From positions 39,624 through 103,623 of the forward strand of contig JBBTPY010000003.1 of assembly GCA_038065955.1 (NCBI GenBank): DNA of 64,000 nt, written 5' to 3'. This stretch comes from Patescibacteria group bacterium. GTDB lineage: Bacteria; Patescibacteriota; Minisyncoccia; UBA6257; UBA9933. Of the stretch, positions 40,509 to 50,165 are shown piece by piece (position 1 is the stretch's first letter; every line of letters starts with the position of its first letter). Position numbers and translations under genes: made by a program. The notes below the pieces were generated by a model. That model had not been told where the DNA came from, searched no databases, and saw only the letters and a program-made list of their open reading frames with translations.

Positions 40509-43500
40509 ATGTCTAAGGCTTTCAGAAAATTTCTGAAATTTTTCGCGATATTTTCATTAATCGCGGTTTTGGGGTTTTCCGATATTATTTCTTTTTTGCC
40601 GCAGATTTTGCAAAACAACAAATTGGCGGAAAATTTGGAAGTTAAAGAGGCGCAAGCGGCGGCGTCAATCCGCGCCACAGGAACATATGTGAACGGCACG
40701 GCCAACTTAACGCCCGTTATTCCGGCTGGCGCGGTTGCGGGCGACATGATGCTACTCGCATACGGCACAAAGCCGTATAACGACGCACCGACAATAACCG
40801 CAGGGTGGACAAGCATCGGCTCCGCCACAGACGGCACAGTGGCCGCGGGTACTGATGTCGGGTCAATGCAGACAAGAATTTATTATAAAGAACACGACGG
40901 TTCTGAAACTAATCCTACTGTTACTAATACCACTAATAACGTATCCGGCGCCGTCATCATCGTATTTCAAAAAGGAGCGACTGAAACATGGGCAACTCCT
41001 GTTGGCGCGGGCGGTGGAGACAATTCAGCAGGCACGGGGTTTTCTGTCACTGCGGCTTCTGACCCCGGGATAACTATTGGCGATATGATCGTCGGTTATG
41101 CGGCTATTAGGTCAGACGCGGGCACGCAAACGGGCATTGGCATAACAGCCACAGGAGCTACAATTGGAGCTTTTACAGAAAGTCCTGCGGCTGATTTGGC
41201 TACTACTGCCGGTGGAGATATGGCGATGTCTGGAGGGTACAGTTTGGTGACAGCCGGCACAGCTTCAGCCGCGCCGGTTTACGCTTCTACTTTGGCGGCT
41301 TCGCATACTGGCTCGGCTTTTATCGTTAGATTACGACCAATTCCGAATGCTTCACCTACTTTGACTGTCACTCAGCCGGACGGCACGGGCGATACAGTAA
41401 CTGCCGGTGATTTATACAATATTACCTATGATTTAGCAGATACCGATAATGTTGTCACTGCCGCGATGTATTACGACACTGATGCAACCGGTTTGAATGG
41501 CACGGCGATTACCGGCGCTTGCGCCACGGCGGCCGAAGGAACGGGCGCGACTTGTTCTTGGGACACGACCGGCATGACGCCTAACAGTTATTATGTTTAC
41601 GGCACAAGCACTGACGGCATTAATCCACAAGTCAGCGATTATTCGTCGGGAGTGATTACGATAAACGCGCCAGCCAATAATTTAACCATCGGCGTTACCG
41701 CCGGTTCAAAAACAACAACTGTCAATTCCGGAGACATCTCGGTTTATGCCAATGACATTTCTTGTTCCGCGTCCTCAACTTGCGCGGCGCTGACTTTAAA
41801 TGTTTCCAATACTTCGGTAACGGTTTCTTCCATAAAAATAACGGAAATCGGAACGGCGAATGCCACTGCTGATTTGTCGCAACTGGCGCTTTTCTACGAC
41901 ACTGACGGCAATTATTCCAATGGCGTAACCGGCCAATACGGCGCCACGGTGGCGAGTTTTACATCCGAGGCCGCGACTGTAAGCGGTTCTTTGGCTTTGA
42001 CTGCGGCAACCACTTATTATTTTTACGCCCGTTTCAACGCCTCCAGCACCGCGCCCAGTTATCCCAAAGGCGGGCAGACCGTTGATTTTCAGATTGCCGC
42101 CAACGCCGACGTAACTTTATCAAGCGGCACAGCGACCATTTCCGGCGCGCCGGTTTCTCTGGCCGGCACGACCGCAATTTTACCAAGATTAACTTCTGTT
42201 ACTTATGGCACTGGATTAAGCGACGGAGCGCGGAGCAGCGAAGCAATTACTATTTCCGGTTATGGGTTTGGAGTGGTTCCCGGAGGTTCGCGGGCGAATT
42301 GCGCCGGAGCTGTTGACACCGGTTGCGTGAGGTTTATTGTCGGTGGCAATGATACGGTAGCAGACGCGAGTGTGACTGCGTGGTCTAATACTTCCATTGG
42401 CTGGACGGTTTCCTCAACTTTGGCGACTTTGGGCGGCGCTTCTTCTTTGGAAGTGGTTTCCGGAAGCCAGGGCACGGGAACTGACACGACTTATTATATT
42501 TATCCACGAGTAAATGGTATGACAACTTGTTCAGCCGGCGGCGACCGAGACAATGCCTGCGGCACCAACCAGTCGCAGGAATACGCGGCCGCGGATACTT
42601 TTGGTTTGATTAGATTAAACGGTGATCATTTCGGCGCTTCAGCCGGAACGATTACTTTTACCGGCGGCATTACTTTTACGATTCATAATACTGCCGAGGG
42701 AGCTTGCGCTGTTGCTGGTTGGGCAACGGATGGCACAAGCGTTTGCGCGGAGGTCAGTACTGCTATTGCCAGTTCAACTAATAGCGGAACAATTACCCTT
42801 AACAGAACCGATTCAAAAACAGACACTATTGCCTTAGAACTTTTGCCGCGTATCACTTCAGCGACGCCGACGAGCGGAGTAGTTGGAGACGTAATTACCA
42901 TAGACGGCGACCATTTTTGTCAGTCAGCCGGCGGTTGTCCGGCTTCGCCGCCAACAACTGATTATAAAGTTTTATTCGGCAACACCGAAGCGATTGCCGC
43001 TGATTTCACAGCTACCGGCAATTGCGCGGCTCAAGGAATTTCTTGGTCTGATAGCAGAATTTGCGTTAAGGTTCCTTCGGGCACGCCAGTTGGAACGCAA
43101 AAAATTAAAGTTGTTAAAAAGGCAACCCCTAATCAAGAATCGGAAAGAGAGAATTTTACCGTAAATTCAACCGTGCCGAATACTCCGACTAATCTTGAGC
43201 AGAAAAAAACGGACATTATCACCGCAATAGACGTTAATACCGGCACAAATCAAAGTTCGGTTGTTTTTGAGGGCGATATTTCCGCCGGCGTTTCCGTTAC
43301 AATGTGGCTGGAAGTTGAAGTTAGGGCCACCAGCACGGCGTTTGACGGAACGGTGACGGCTTCCAGTTCAGCTTTTACAGGCGCGAGTTTTGCCAATGTT
43401 ACCAGCACGGTTTCCGGATTGACTAACGGCGCGGAATATCATTGGCGGGCCAGAACAAAAAACAGCGTCGGCGAATCCTCGGCCTGGACGGCGTTCGGCA

Positions 43501-44324
43501 ATAATCCTTCGGGCGACGGAACCGGCGACGGCTCGCCGGCCAACAGAGATTTTTACATTGACACTTCGGCGCCGACGATTTCAATAGGCACGCCGCCTTC
43601 TTCGTGCACCGCCCACAGCGCCGTAACCGACCAAACCGCCACAATCAGCTGGACGGCCGGCGGAGAAATTTTAAATACCGCTTTAACGACGAACCAAACG
43701 CGTTATGGAACGGATTCAACATTAGTAAGCGGCAACACGGTTTCCGCCAGCGCCGGTTTAAGCCCGAGCGCGAATTTAACCGGTTTAAACGCCGGCACTC
43801 CTTATTATTATTGGGTAAAATCAACCGACGCGGTCGGCAATTTCACTCAAAATCCGTCAGGTTCGCCGTTTTGTTCTTTTACCACTTCGGCGGCGGTAAC
43901 CAGAATAATGAAATCCGTTGATTATTTTATTGTTCAACGCGACCAGATTACGGATACCCAAACAAGCTCTTCAACATTTACGCTTTATATCGCGGAAACT
44001 TCGTCAACGCTCAAGAACGCTTATGTTGAAATTGACGGGGTGATTATCGGCACCGGCGGAAGCGTTCCCACGTTTCAAGTCGGAGTCAACGGCCAAACTT
44101 CCTTGACCGTTGATTTGCCGAATACGACTTCGCCCCAGCCGTTTAAGATTCATTATAATCTTCCCTCTTTAACTTTAAATTGTTCTTCGCCGGTTGAAAG
44201 TCAAAACGGCATTTGCGCCAACGGAACCGGCGCCAATAAAATACTGTTTACTTTCGGAGGAGGATTTTCCAAAGCTTCGCTTGTTAACGCTAAAATGGTT
44301 ATCACTTATTTTTACACGCCGTAA
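40509..44324 (+). CDS. giant secreted/cell-surface protein, Thr/Gly/Ala/Ser-rich, with TIG/IPT-like and FN3-like domains
   Basis: 1271 aa; N-terminal signal anchor; FN3-like segment (YHWRARTKNSVGESSAW); TIG-like segments (PRITSATPTSGVVGDVITIDG); C-terminal module shared with 44912..46192. Confidence 0.75.
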   Translation: MSKAFRKFLKFFAIFSLIAVLGFSDIISFLPQILQNNKLAENLEVKEAQAAASIRATGTYVNGTANLTPVIPAGAVAGDMMLLAYGTKPYNDAPTITAGWTSIGSATDGTVAAGTDVGSMQTRIYYKEHDGSETNPTVTNTTNNVSGAVIIVFQKGATETWATPVGAGGGDNSAGTGFSVTAASDPGITIGDMIVGYAAIRSDAGTQTGIGITATGATIGAFTESPAADLATTAGGDMAMSGGYSLVTAGTASAAPVYASTLAASHTGSAFIVRLRPIPNASPTLTVTQPDGTGDTVTAGDLYNITYDLADTDNVVTAAMYYDTDATGLNGTAITGACATAAEGTGATCSWDTTGMTPNSYYVYGTSTDGINPQVSDYSSGVITINAPANNLTIGVTAGSKTTTVNSGDISVYANDISCSASSTCAALTLNVSNTSVTVSSIKITEIGTANATADLSQLALFYDTDGNYSNGVTGQYGATVASFTSEAATVSGSLALTAATTYYFYARFNASSTAPSYPKGGQTVDFQIAANADVTLSSGTATISGAPVSLAGTTAILPRLTSVTYGTGLSDGARSSEAITISGYGFGVVPGGSRANCAGAVDTGCVRFIVGGNDTVADASVTAWSNTSIGWTVSSTLATLGGASSLEVVSGSQGTGTDTTYYIYPRVNGMTTCSAGGDRDNACGTNQSQEYAAADTFGLIRLNGDHFGASAGTITFTGGITFTIHNTAEGACAVAGWATDGTSVCAEVSTAIASSTNSGTITLNRTDSKTDTIALELLPRITSATPTSGVVGDVITIDGDHFCQSAGGCPASPPTTDYKVLFGNTEAIAADFTATGNCAAQGISWSDSRICVKVPSGTPVGTQKIKVVKKATPNQESERENFTVNSTVPNTPTNLEQKKTDIITAIDVNTGTNQSSVVFEGDISAGVSVTMWLEVEVRATSTAFDGTVTASSSAFTGASFANVTSTVSGLTNGAEYHWRARTKNSVGESSAWTAFGNNPSGDGTGDGSPANRDFYIDTSAPTISIGTPPSSCTAHSAVTDQTATISWTAGGEILNTALTTNQTRYGTDSTLVSGNTVSASAGLSPSANLTGLNAGTPYYYWVKSTDAVGNFTQNPSGSPFCSFTTSAAVTRIMKSVDYFIVQRDQITDTQTSSSTFTLYIAETSSTLKNAYVEIDGVIIGTGGSVPTFQVGVNGQTSLTVDLPNTTSPQPFKIHYNLPSLTLNCSSPVESQNGICANGTGANKILFTFGGGFSKASLVNAKMVITYFYTP

Positions 44325-44334
44325 TACGGGTAAA

Positions 44335-44877
44335 ATGATTGAGCAAAATCAAAAAAAATTAATAAAATGGCTGAGCGGCGTTGTTATCGCGGCCGCGGTT
44401 TTAAGCGTTTTAATTTTTACCGGCGTTTTGAATCCCGCGAAAATAAAAAAACTTTTCATGATCGAGCCGGACAGCCATTTGATGACTAACCGCAACGCTT
44501 ATGATATCGCTTTACTCGAAGCACAGAAATGGCAGCCGGATGCCAAACTGGCATTTATGGATTCTGGTTCAATTAGCGAAAGGGGTCGTTCCAATACGTG
44601 GAAAGCTATTTTTATCTCTTCAAAAGTTAAAGCAAAAGGATTTTCAATTGAAATTGAAGATTATAAAATAATTTTATTGGCTGAAATTATTTATAACGGT
44701 GTCGGCGCCGATTTTCCAACTAATATTATTTCTTCCGAAGACGCTATCAAGATGGTTCGCGCGACTAAAGGATATGAAGATGCGGAAATTTATGGAGCGG
44801 AAGTAATTTATATGGGTAATTTATGGTATTGGGGTGTAAAAACTTCCAAAGGAGTGGTAAGTGTGAAAGGAAAATAG
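44335..44877 (+). CDS. hypothetical membrane-anchored protein
   Basis: ORF 44194..44877 overlaps the upstream gene; the ATG at 44335 gives MIEQNQKK... with one N-terminal TM. Confidence 0.45.
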   Translation: MIEQNQKKLIKWLSGVVIAAAVLSVLIFTGVLNPAKIKKLFMIEPDSHLMTNRNAYDIALLEAQKWQPDAKLAFMDSGSISERGRSNTWKAIFISSKVKAKGFSIEIEDYKIILLAEIIYNGVGADFPTNIISSEDAIKMVRATKGYEDAEIYGAEVIYMGNLWYWGVKTSKGVVSVKGK

Positions 44878-44911
44878 TTTTATAATATACAATTTCACGT
44901 AATCAAGGGTT

Positions 44912-46192
44912 ATGAAAATGAAAATCGGGATATTTTTAATTTTTGCCGCTGTTTGCGGTTTTGCCGCGTTTTTATTTTTAGGCGGCGCGTTTTTTTCTCG
45001 GGTTGAACCGGTTGAAGCGGCGGAAGAAATGAAAACGCTTTCTTTTTTTGTCGGTCAGCAAACCAGCGCCGCTTCATCAGTCAGCTGGCCTTTCACTTTT
45101 TACGTCGGCGACGATATTTCCACTTCCACCAAAAGCGCGTTTTTTGAAATCAGCGGCATCAGTCCGTCAACGGCGAATTTAATTGCCACAACCACTTTAA
45201 GCGGCGGCAGCGGCAGTTGTTCCCTAAACAGAACTTTAGACAATAACGGCCGTTTAAATAAATTTAAAATTGTTTATGATGCCACGAATTGTATTGACGT
45301 TTCGGCAAAAGGCGAATATTCCAGAACTTTAAACGTTGTTTTTAACAATCCGGTTGACGCTCTTTCGGCGAAATTCGCCATTACTTACCGTTTTACCGCG
45401 CCGACCAGCAACGGTTCAACCGCCATAAAAACAATTTCTTATTCCGCCAATGAGGGAACCGCCAGTTCTTCCGTCCCGGCCGGCCAAAATATTGTTTTAA
45501 ATTTCAGCCCTTACATCGGCGATGAAATTTCCACTTCCACTAAAAGCGCGTTTTTTGAAATCAGCGGCGTCAGTTTGGCCGCCGGCGCTTCGGCGATTGA
45601 TTTATCTTTAGGCGGCGGCAGCGGCAGTTGTTCCGTAAATCGGACGCTGGATACGACCGGATTTATCAATAAATTTCACATTTTGTACAACGTCAACGAT
45701 TGTATTAATATTTTTTCAAAAGGGGAATACAGCCGTTCTTTGACGATTAACGCCAGCGGCGCGGCGGTTTACATTTATTCGGCGAAATTGGTTTTAACTT
45801 ATCAATTCACGCCGCCTTCGGCCGGCGGCTACTGGGCAACCGGCACTTTTTATTCGCCGATTTTTGACACGGGCGCCATCAACGGCGCGTCTTATAATTG
45901 GATTATGTGGAAAGGGACGCTTAACGGCGGGAACGGGAAAATAAGATTACAACTGGCGACTTCCAATTCTTCCGGAGGGCCGTGGACTTATATCGGAGAA
46001 ACGCCGGGTTGTGATTCTTCGGTTTATTTTGAACCGCTTACGGACATTTCCAAGGAAATAAAATGTTTTTCAAGCCATAATAATAAAAGATATTTCCGTT
46101 ATAAATTGATTATTTGCTCTTCCAGCGATTGTTCAGCGGCTGGAACTAATACGCCGCAAGTGAACGACATGATTGTGAATTGGAGCCCATAA
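44912..46192 (+). CDS. secreted protein with two tandem ~145-aa domain repeats (paralogous to the C-terminal module of the 1271-aa protein)
   Basis: signal peptide; repeats DDISTSTKSAFFEISG...ITYRFTAP and DEISTSTKSAFFEISG...LTYQFTPP. Confidence 0.6.
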   Translation: MKMKIGIFLIFAAVCGFAAFLFLGGAFFSRVEPVEAAEEMKTLSFFVGQQTSAASSVSWPFTFYVGDDISTSTKSAFFEISGISPSTANLIATTTLSGGSGSCSLNRTLDNNGRLNKFKIVYDATNCIDVSAKGEYSRTLNVVFNNPVDALSAKFAITYRFTAPTSNGSTAIKTISYSANEGTASSSVPAGQNIVLNFSPYIGDEISTSTKSAFFEISGVSLAAGASAIDLSLGGGSGSCSVNRTLDTTGFINKFHILYNVNDCINIFSKGEYSRSLTINASGAAVYIYSAKLVLTYQFTPPSAGGYWATGTFYSPIFDTGAINGASYNWIMWKGTLNGGNGKIRLQLATSNSSGGPWTYIGETPGCDSSVYFEPLTDISKEIKCFSSHNNKRYFRYKLIICSSSDCSAAGTNTPQVNDMIVNWSP

Positions 46193-46198
46193 ACGACA

Positions 46199-46258
46199 AC
46201 TGACATATGACATTTGACAATTGACAGATTGATAACAAATGACAACTGACATATGAAC
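46199..46258 (+). repeat. heptamer tract NNNTGAC x~8 (ATCTGAC-family orientation)
   Basis: aactgac atatgac atttgac aattgac agattga ... tgacaac tgacata. Confidence 0.8.
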
Positions 46259-46468
46259 AATTTTAATAAAATATTTAGATTTCGGGAATTTCAAGTTTAT
46301 AAAGATTCAAGGAAATTCAGCAATGAATTAAAGAATTTTTCCAAAAAAAAATTTCCAAGTGAAGAGAGGTTTTGTCTTTTATCTCAATTTTGGCGAGCGC
46401 TTGATTCTATAATTTTAAATATCGCCGAAGGAACCGACATTATTATCCCGTCAATTAACGGCTTTTAG
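46253..46468 (+). pseudogene. four-helix-bundle (23S rRNA IVS-type) protein gene, 3'-truncated
   Basis: FREFQVYKDSRKF...KKFPSEERFCLLSQFWRALDSIILNIAEG matches the 4HB family consensus but stops after NIAEG (about 70 of the expected about 120 aa). Confidence 0.5.
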
Positions 46469-46482
46469 AAAAAAATTATTAA

Positions 46483-47040
46483 ATGAACAAAATAAATAAA
46501 AGTAAAAGGTCAGATGTCAGATGTCAGATGTCAGATGTCAATTGTCAGATGTCTGGCTTTTCCCTGTTGGAACTCATTATCTACATCGCCATTTTTGGGA
46601 CTGTGGTTTTGGCGACGACGAGCGTTTTGGTGACGGTTTTTGAAGGACGCGATTCAACGAATTCGCGCTATGAAGTTTTACAAAATATCCGTTTCTCTTC
46701 GGAAAAAATCAGGCAATTGGTTTATGACGCTTCGTCTTTTGCTGTTTCCGGCGCCTGTCCGTTTAATATTTTGGAAACGACAATCGGTTCGGCGACAACG
46801 AGCGTGGCCATTAATAGCGGTATTTTAACGCTTACTTCCGGCGGAAGCAGTACGCCGCTTATCGCCGAAAGCGTAACCGCCACCAGCACTTCCGGCAATT
46901 GTTTGTTCGCGAAAATTTCCAATCCCGCTCCAGCCAAATCCACGCTTCAAATGCGGTTCACAATCAGTTATAATGATAACGGAAACCAGCAATTGAAATT
47001 TTCCGATGAAATCAAAACGACAATCAGCCAGAGACAATGA
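46483..47040 (+). CDS. type IV pilin-like protein (prepilin) with an unusually long repeat-encoded leader
   Basis: class III signal G|FSLLELIIYIAIFG; the 25-aa leader MNKINKSKRSDVRCQMSDVNCQMSG is encoded by (GTCAGAT)n. Confidence 0.75.
   Translation: MNKINKSKRSDVRCQMSDVNCQMSGFSLLELIIYIAIFGTVVLATTSVLVTVFEGRDSTNSRYEVLQNIRFSSEKIRQLVYDASSFAVSGACPFNILETTIGSATTSVAINSGILTLTSGGSSTPLIAESVTATSTSGNCLFAKISNPAPAKSTLQMRFTISYNDNGNQQLKFSDEIKTTISQRQ
46509..46557 (+). repeat. heptamer tandem repeat GTCAGAT x7 (4 perfect units, then 3 degenerate) inside the pilin leader coding sequence
   Basis: gtcagat x4, gtcaatt, gtcagat, gtctggc. Confidence 0.95.
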
Positions 47041-47043
47041 AAC

Positions 47044-47115
47044 AACTGACAACTGACATCTGACCGCTTAAATGTCATATGTCATATGTTAAATCACATG
47101 TTAAATGTCAAATAT
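47044..47115 (+). repeat. heptamer tracts that switch orientation (AACTGAC/ATCTGAC then ATGTCAT/GTCAAAT) across the start of ORF 47086
   Basis: aactgac aactgac atctgac cgcttaa atgtcat atgtcat atgttaa atcacat gttaaat gtcaaat. Confidence 0.85.
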
Positions 47116-47499
47116 CAAAAGGGCGTAATCGCTTTGCCTTCAATAATAATGATTTCATTTTTGGTTTTAATCGCCGGCATCGGCATCGCTTCCAGCGGAT
47201 TTTTTGAAAATATGATGAGTTACGGCGACGTTAATTCCAAAAAAGCCCTTGTTTACGCCGAAGCCGGCGCCGAAGACGCGTTTGAACGGCTGGTAAAAAA
47301 CAAAAATTGCTCCTGCTCTTCTTATTCTTTAAGTTTCAGCGACGGTTCCGCCGCGATTGCGGTTTCCGGCGGAGCGAGCAGTAAAACCGTCGTTTCCGAA
47401 GGGACGGTAAACGGCAAAAAAAGAAAGGTTCAGGTGACGGTTTCTTTTGATGCCAATGATGAAGCGACGCAAACCGGCTGGCAGGAGATTGTTGATTAA
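47086..47499 (+). CDS. hypothetical membrane protein in the pilus locus (possible minor pilin/assembly factor)
   Basis: 137-aa ORF with an N-terminal hydrophobic segment; the start lies inside a heptamer tract. Confidence 0.4.
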   Translation: MLNHMLNVKYQKGVIALPSIIMISFLVLIAGIGIASSGFFENMMSYGDVNSKKALVYAEAGAEDAFERLVKNKNCSCSSYSLSFSDGSAAIAVSGGASSKTVVSEGTVNGKKRKVQVTVSFDANDEATQTGWQEIVD

Positions 47500-47505
47500 A
47501 TTAAT

Positions 47506-49011
47506 ATGTTAAATACTTTTAAAAAATTGTTAAACCGTTTTAAGAATATTGATTTAAGCGGCTTATTGCATCACGAGGAAAAAATTGGCGGCTTGGCAAT
47601 TGACGAAAACGGCGTTTTTTTAACTTATCTTGTCAAAAATAAAGACGGGAAAGAAGAGGAAATATTTAAAAAAGAAATTTCTTTGCCTATCGGAACGATT
47701 GAAAATGGGATTTTGAAAAATCCGGAAGCGTTTTTGGCCGGGCTTAAGGAACTGCAAAAAAATAAACCGCCTTCAAAATCAATTATCGTTTCTTTGCCTT
47801 CGGCGAGCGTCCAGCCGTTTATTTTTGAATTTTTTCCTAATTTAAAACAAGAAGAAATCAATAACGCCGTTTCTTTGATAATTAATTCTTCTTTGCCTTT
47901 GCCGCCGGAAAAAATTTACGCCGATTGGGAAGAAATTAAAGACGAAAACCTTCAAAAGAAAAAAGTTTTATTGGGAATGGGGTTAAAAGAATTGATTGTT
48001 CCGTATTTGGAAGTCATTAAAAAAGCCGATTTCGCGCCGGTGGCTTTAGAAACCCACGGTTGGAGTTTGGGACGGCTGCTTGATAAAAATGAACAATCAA
48101 TGGCGCTTAATTTTGAATCCGGCGGCGCGGTTTTCAGCGTTTTTTCCGGCGGTTCGCCGGTTTTTCAATTTTATTTGCCGGATGCGGATAAAAATTTTCT
48201 GGAAAAAGCCGCCGTTTTCGCCGAGCGGATTATGTATTTTTTGGCTTCCGACAATGAATACGGCTTTAAAATTAAAAATTTTCTGCTTTTAGGAGCCAAT
48301 GAAATACAAAATGAATTTAAAAACATATTTCAAAAACGTTTGTCGTTGAAATTCAATAAAGAAGAAATGGCGTTTAGCGGCGGCGAATCGCCGAAAGCGC
48401 GAATTTTTTCCGCCGGCGCCGCCAAAAGGGGACTTTTGCCCAGATACCAGGACGCCATTTGCAGTTTAATGCCTATCGGCACGGAATCGGCTTACGAACG
48501 CCAGCGTTTTGTTTCGTTTCTTGATTTTTTTCAAAAATTCGCCATTGCTTTCGGAGGATTTTTTATTATTTTGTTTTTAGGAACTTTCCTTTTAATCAAT
48601 GTTGTTTCCCGCAATGCCGCCAAATCTTTAATTGAAGAACAGACGATTGTTTTGCCGGAATTGGCGGTCATTAAAGAAACCGCCGCGCTTTTTAACGAAA
48701 AAATGGAACAATTTTCGGCGATTGCCGCCAAATCTCCAAAATGGGAAAATTTATTCAACGAAATTGATAAACTGAACAATCCCGGGATGATAATCGGCAA
48801 TTTATCCGTTGCCGTCGCTCAACCGGTAACAATCAGCGGCGCGGCGCGGGACAGAGACAGCCTGCTTCAATTAAAATCAACTTTGGAAAATTCACCGGTT
48901 TTTACCGCGCCGCCTTTGCCGCTTTCCGCTTTAATCGACAAGGAAAATATCGCCTTTTCGTTTAATTTGGGGTTAAAAGACGGTGGATTATTGATATATA
49001 ATAGAGATTAG
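47506..49011 (+). CDS. pilM: type IV pilus assembly protein PilM fused to a PilN-like membrane segment
   Basis: N-terminal actin-like PilM region (GLAIDENGVFLTYL...); a TM (FAIAFGGFFIILFLGTFLLI) about 340 aa in, then a periplasmic domain. Confidence 0.65.
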   Translation: MLNTFKKLLNRFKNIDLSGLLHHEEKIGGLAIDENGVFLTYLVKNKDGKEEEIFKKEISLPIGTIENGILKNPEAFLAGLKELQKNKPPSKSIIVSLPSASVQPFIFEFFPNLKQEEINNAVSLIINSSLPLPPEKIYADWEEIKDENLQKKKVLLGMGLKELIVPYLEVIKKADFAPVALETHGWSLGRLLDKNEQSMALNFESGGAVFSVFSGGSPVFQFYLPDADKNFLEKAAVFAERIMYFLASDNEYGFKIKNFLLLGANEIQNEFKNIFQKRLSLKFNKEEMAFSGGESPKARIFSAGAAKRGLLPRYQDAICSLMPIGTESAYERQRFVSFLDFFQKFAIAFGGFFIILFLGTFLLINVVSRNAAKSLIEEQTIVLPELAVIKETAALFNEKMEQFSAIAAKSPKWENLFNEIDKLNNPGMIIGNLSVAVAQPVTISGAARDRDSLLQLKSTLENSPVFTAPPLPLSALIDKENIAFSFNLGLKDGGLLIYNRD

Positions 49012-49023
49012 AGTTTAAAATTT

Positions 49024-49563
49024 ATGGACGACAAGATTATTTTTAGAAAAAAAATTATCAAATCGCTGATTATTACGGCGGCGATTTTAGCGTTGGAAGT
49101 CGGTATTTTAATTTTTGTTATAGACGTTATTTCCAAAAAAACGGCGGAAATAAAAGAAAGAAAAATACTGGCGATTTCTTTTGAGCGGGAAGCGGCCGAT
49201 TTTGAAGATTTGAAAAAAGATTATGAAAAAATCAAGCCGTATCTGGGAACGATTGACAGCGCCATACCCAATGAAGAAAATTTATTCAGAATACTTGAAG
49301 CGATTGAAAACGTCGGATTAAAATCGGGTATTCGGATTTCTTTGAGATTGGAAAGCCAGTCAGCCTTGCCGAGCGAAATCAGCGGCGTCAATTACGTGCC
49401 TTTTTCCGCTTCTTTTGAGGCCAATTATGATATTTTGCGGAATTATTTAAAAGCGCTTAATGATTCGCCGATTTTTGTAAGTGTTGATTCCGTCAGTATC
49501 GGCGGCGGTTCAATTTTCAATAACAGCGCGATTAGATTAAGCGGTAAAATTTACACAAAATAA
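49024..49563 (+). CDS. PilO-like pilus assembly protein (putative)
   Basis: 179 aa; N-terminal TM then a coiled-coil/periplasmic domain; sits after pilMN. Confidence 0.45.
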   Translation: MDDKIIFRKKIIKSLIITAAILALEVGILIFVIDVISKKTAEIKERKILAISFEREAADFEDLKKDYEKIKPYLGTIDSAIPNEENLFRILEAIENVGLKSGIRISLRLESQSALPSEISGVNYVPFSASFEANYDILRNYLKALNDSPIFVSVDSVSIGGGSIFNNSAIRLSGKIYTK

Positions 49564-50156
49564 TGATGGAGAAAATTTTGAAATATTTTAAATCAAAACC
49601 GGCGCAAAGTTTTTTTTACGCGGCCATTTTGATTATTTTTTCCGTTACGGCCGTTATTTTATTCGTTTGGTCGTTAATTTTTATTGTTAGACTGATTAAT
49701 TCAATTGTTATTACCGAAGATGAAGAATTACCGGTTTTGGCGTTTAATTTTACAGACTCCATCGTTTTATCGCGAAAATTGGGCATTATTTTTCCGGCGG
49801 AAATTTTAAATTCAACGGAAATTTTGAAAGAAACGGTTTCTTCAACTTCTTCGGCGGAAATCGTTCCGACGCTTTCTGAAATTTCCGTTCAAGTTTTGAA
49901 TGGCACCGACACAAAAGGATTGGCGAAATCCTGGGGAGAAAAATTTAAAGCAGCCGGTTTTTTGAAAATAGAAACCGGAAACGCCGACAAAAAAAATGAA
50001 CAGGGAATACAAATCGGCTATAAGCCGTCAAAAAAAGAAGCGCTGGATTCGGTTAAAAACGTTTTAATTTCCAATAATATTGAAGCGTCTTCAATAGCGG
50101 AAAAAGAGAGCGCGGAAAGTGAAAATTTTGACTTTACGATTATAATCGGAAAATAA
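49563..50156 (+). CDS. membrane protein with C-terminal LytR_C-like domain
   Basis: N-terminal TM; C-terminal VQVLNGTDTKGLA...GNADKK motif typical of LytR_C. Confidence 0.45.
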   Translation: MMEKILKYFKSKPAQSFFYAAILIIFSVTAVILFVWSLIFIVRLINSIVITEDEELPVLAFNFTDSIVLSRKLGIIFPAEILNSTEILKETVSSTSSAEIVPTLSEISVQVLNGTDTKGLAKSWGEKFKAAGFLKIETGNADKKNEQGIQIGYKPSKKEALDSVKNVLISNNIEASSIAEKESAESENFDFTIIIGK

Positions 50157-50165
50157 TCCGCGTGA

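Noticed and set aside
46199-47115. CRISPR array interpretation of the short tandem repeats
   Set aside because: The units are 7 bp with no unique spacers, and there are no cas genes. They are simple heptamer STRs.
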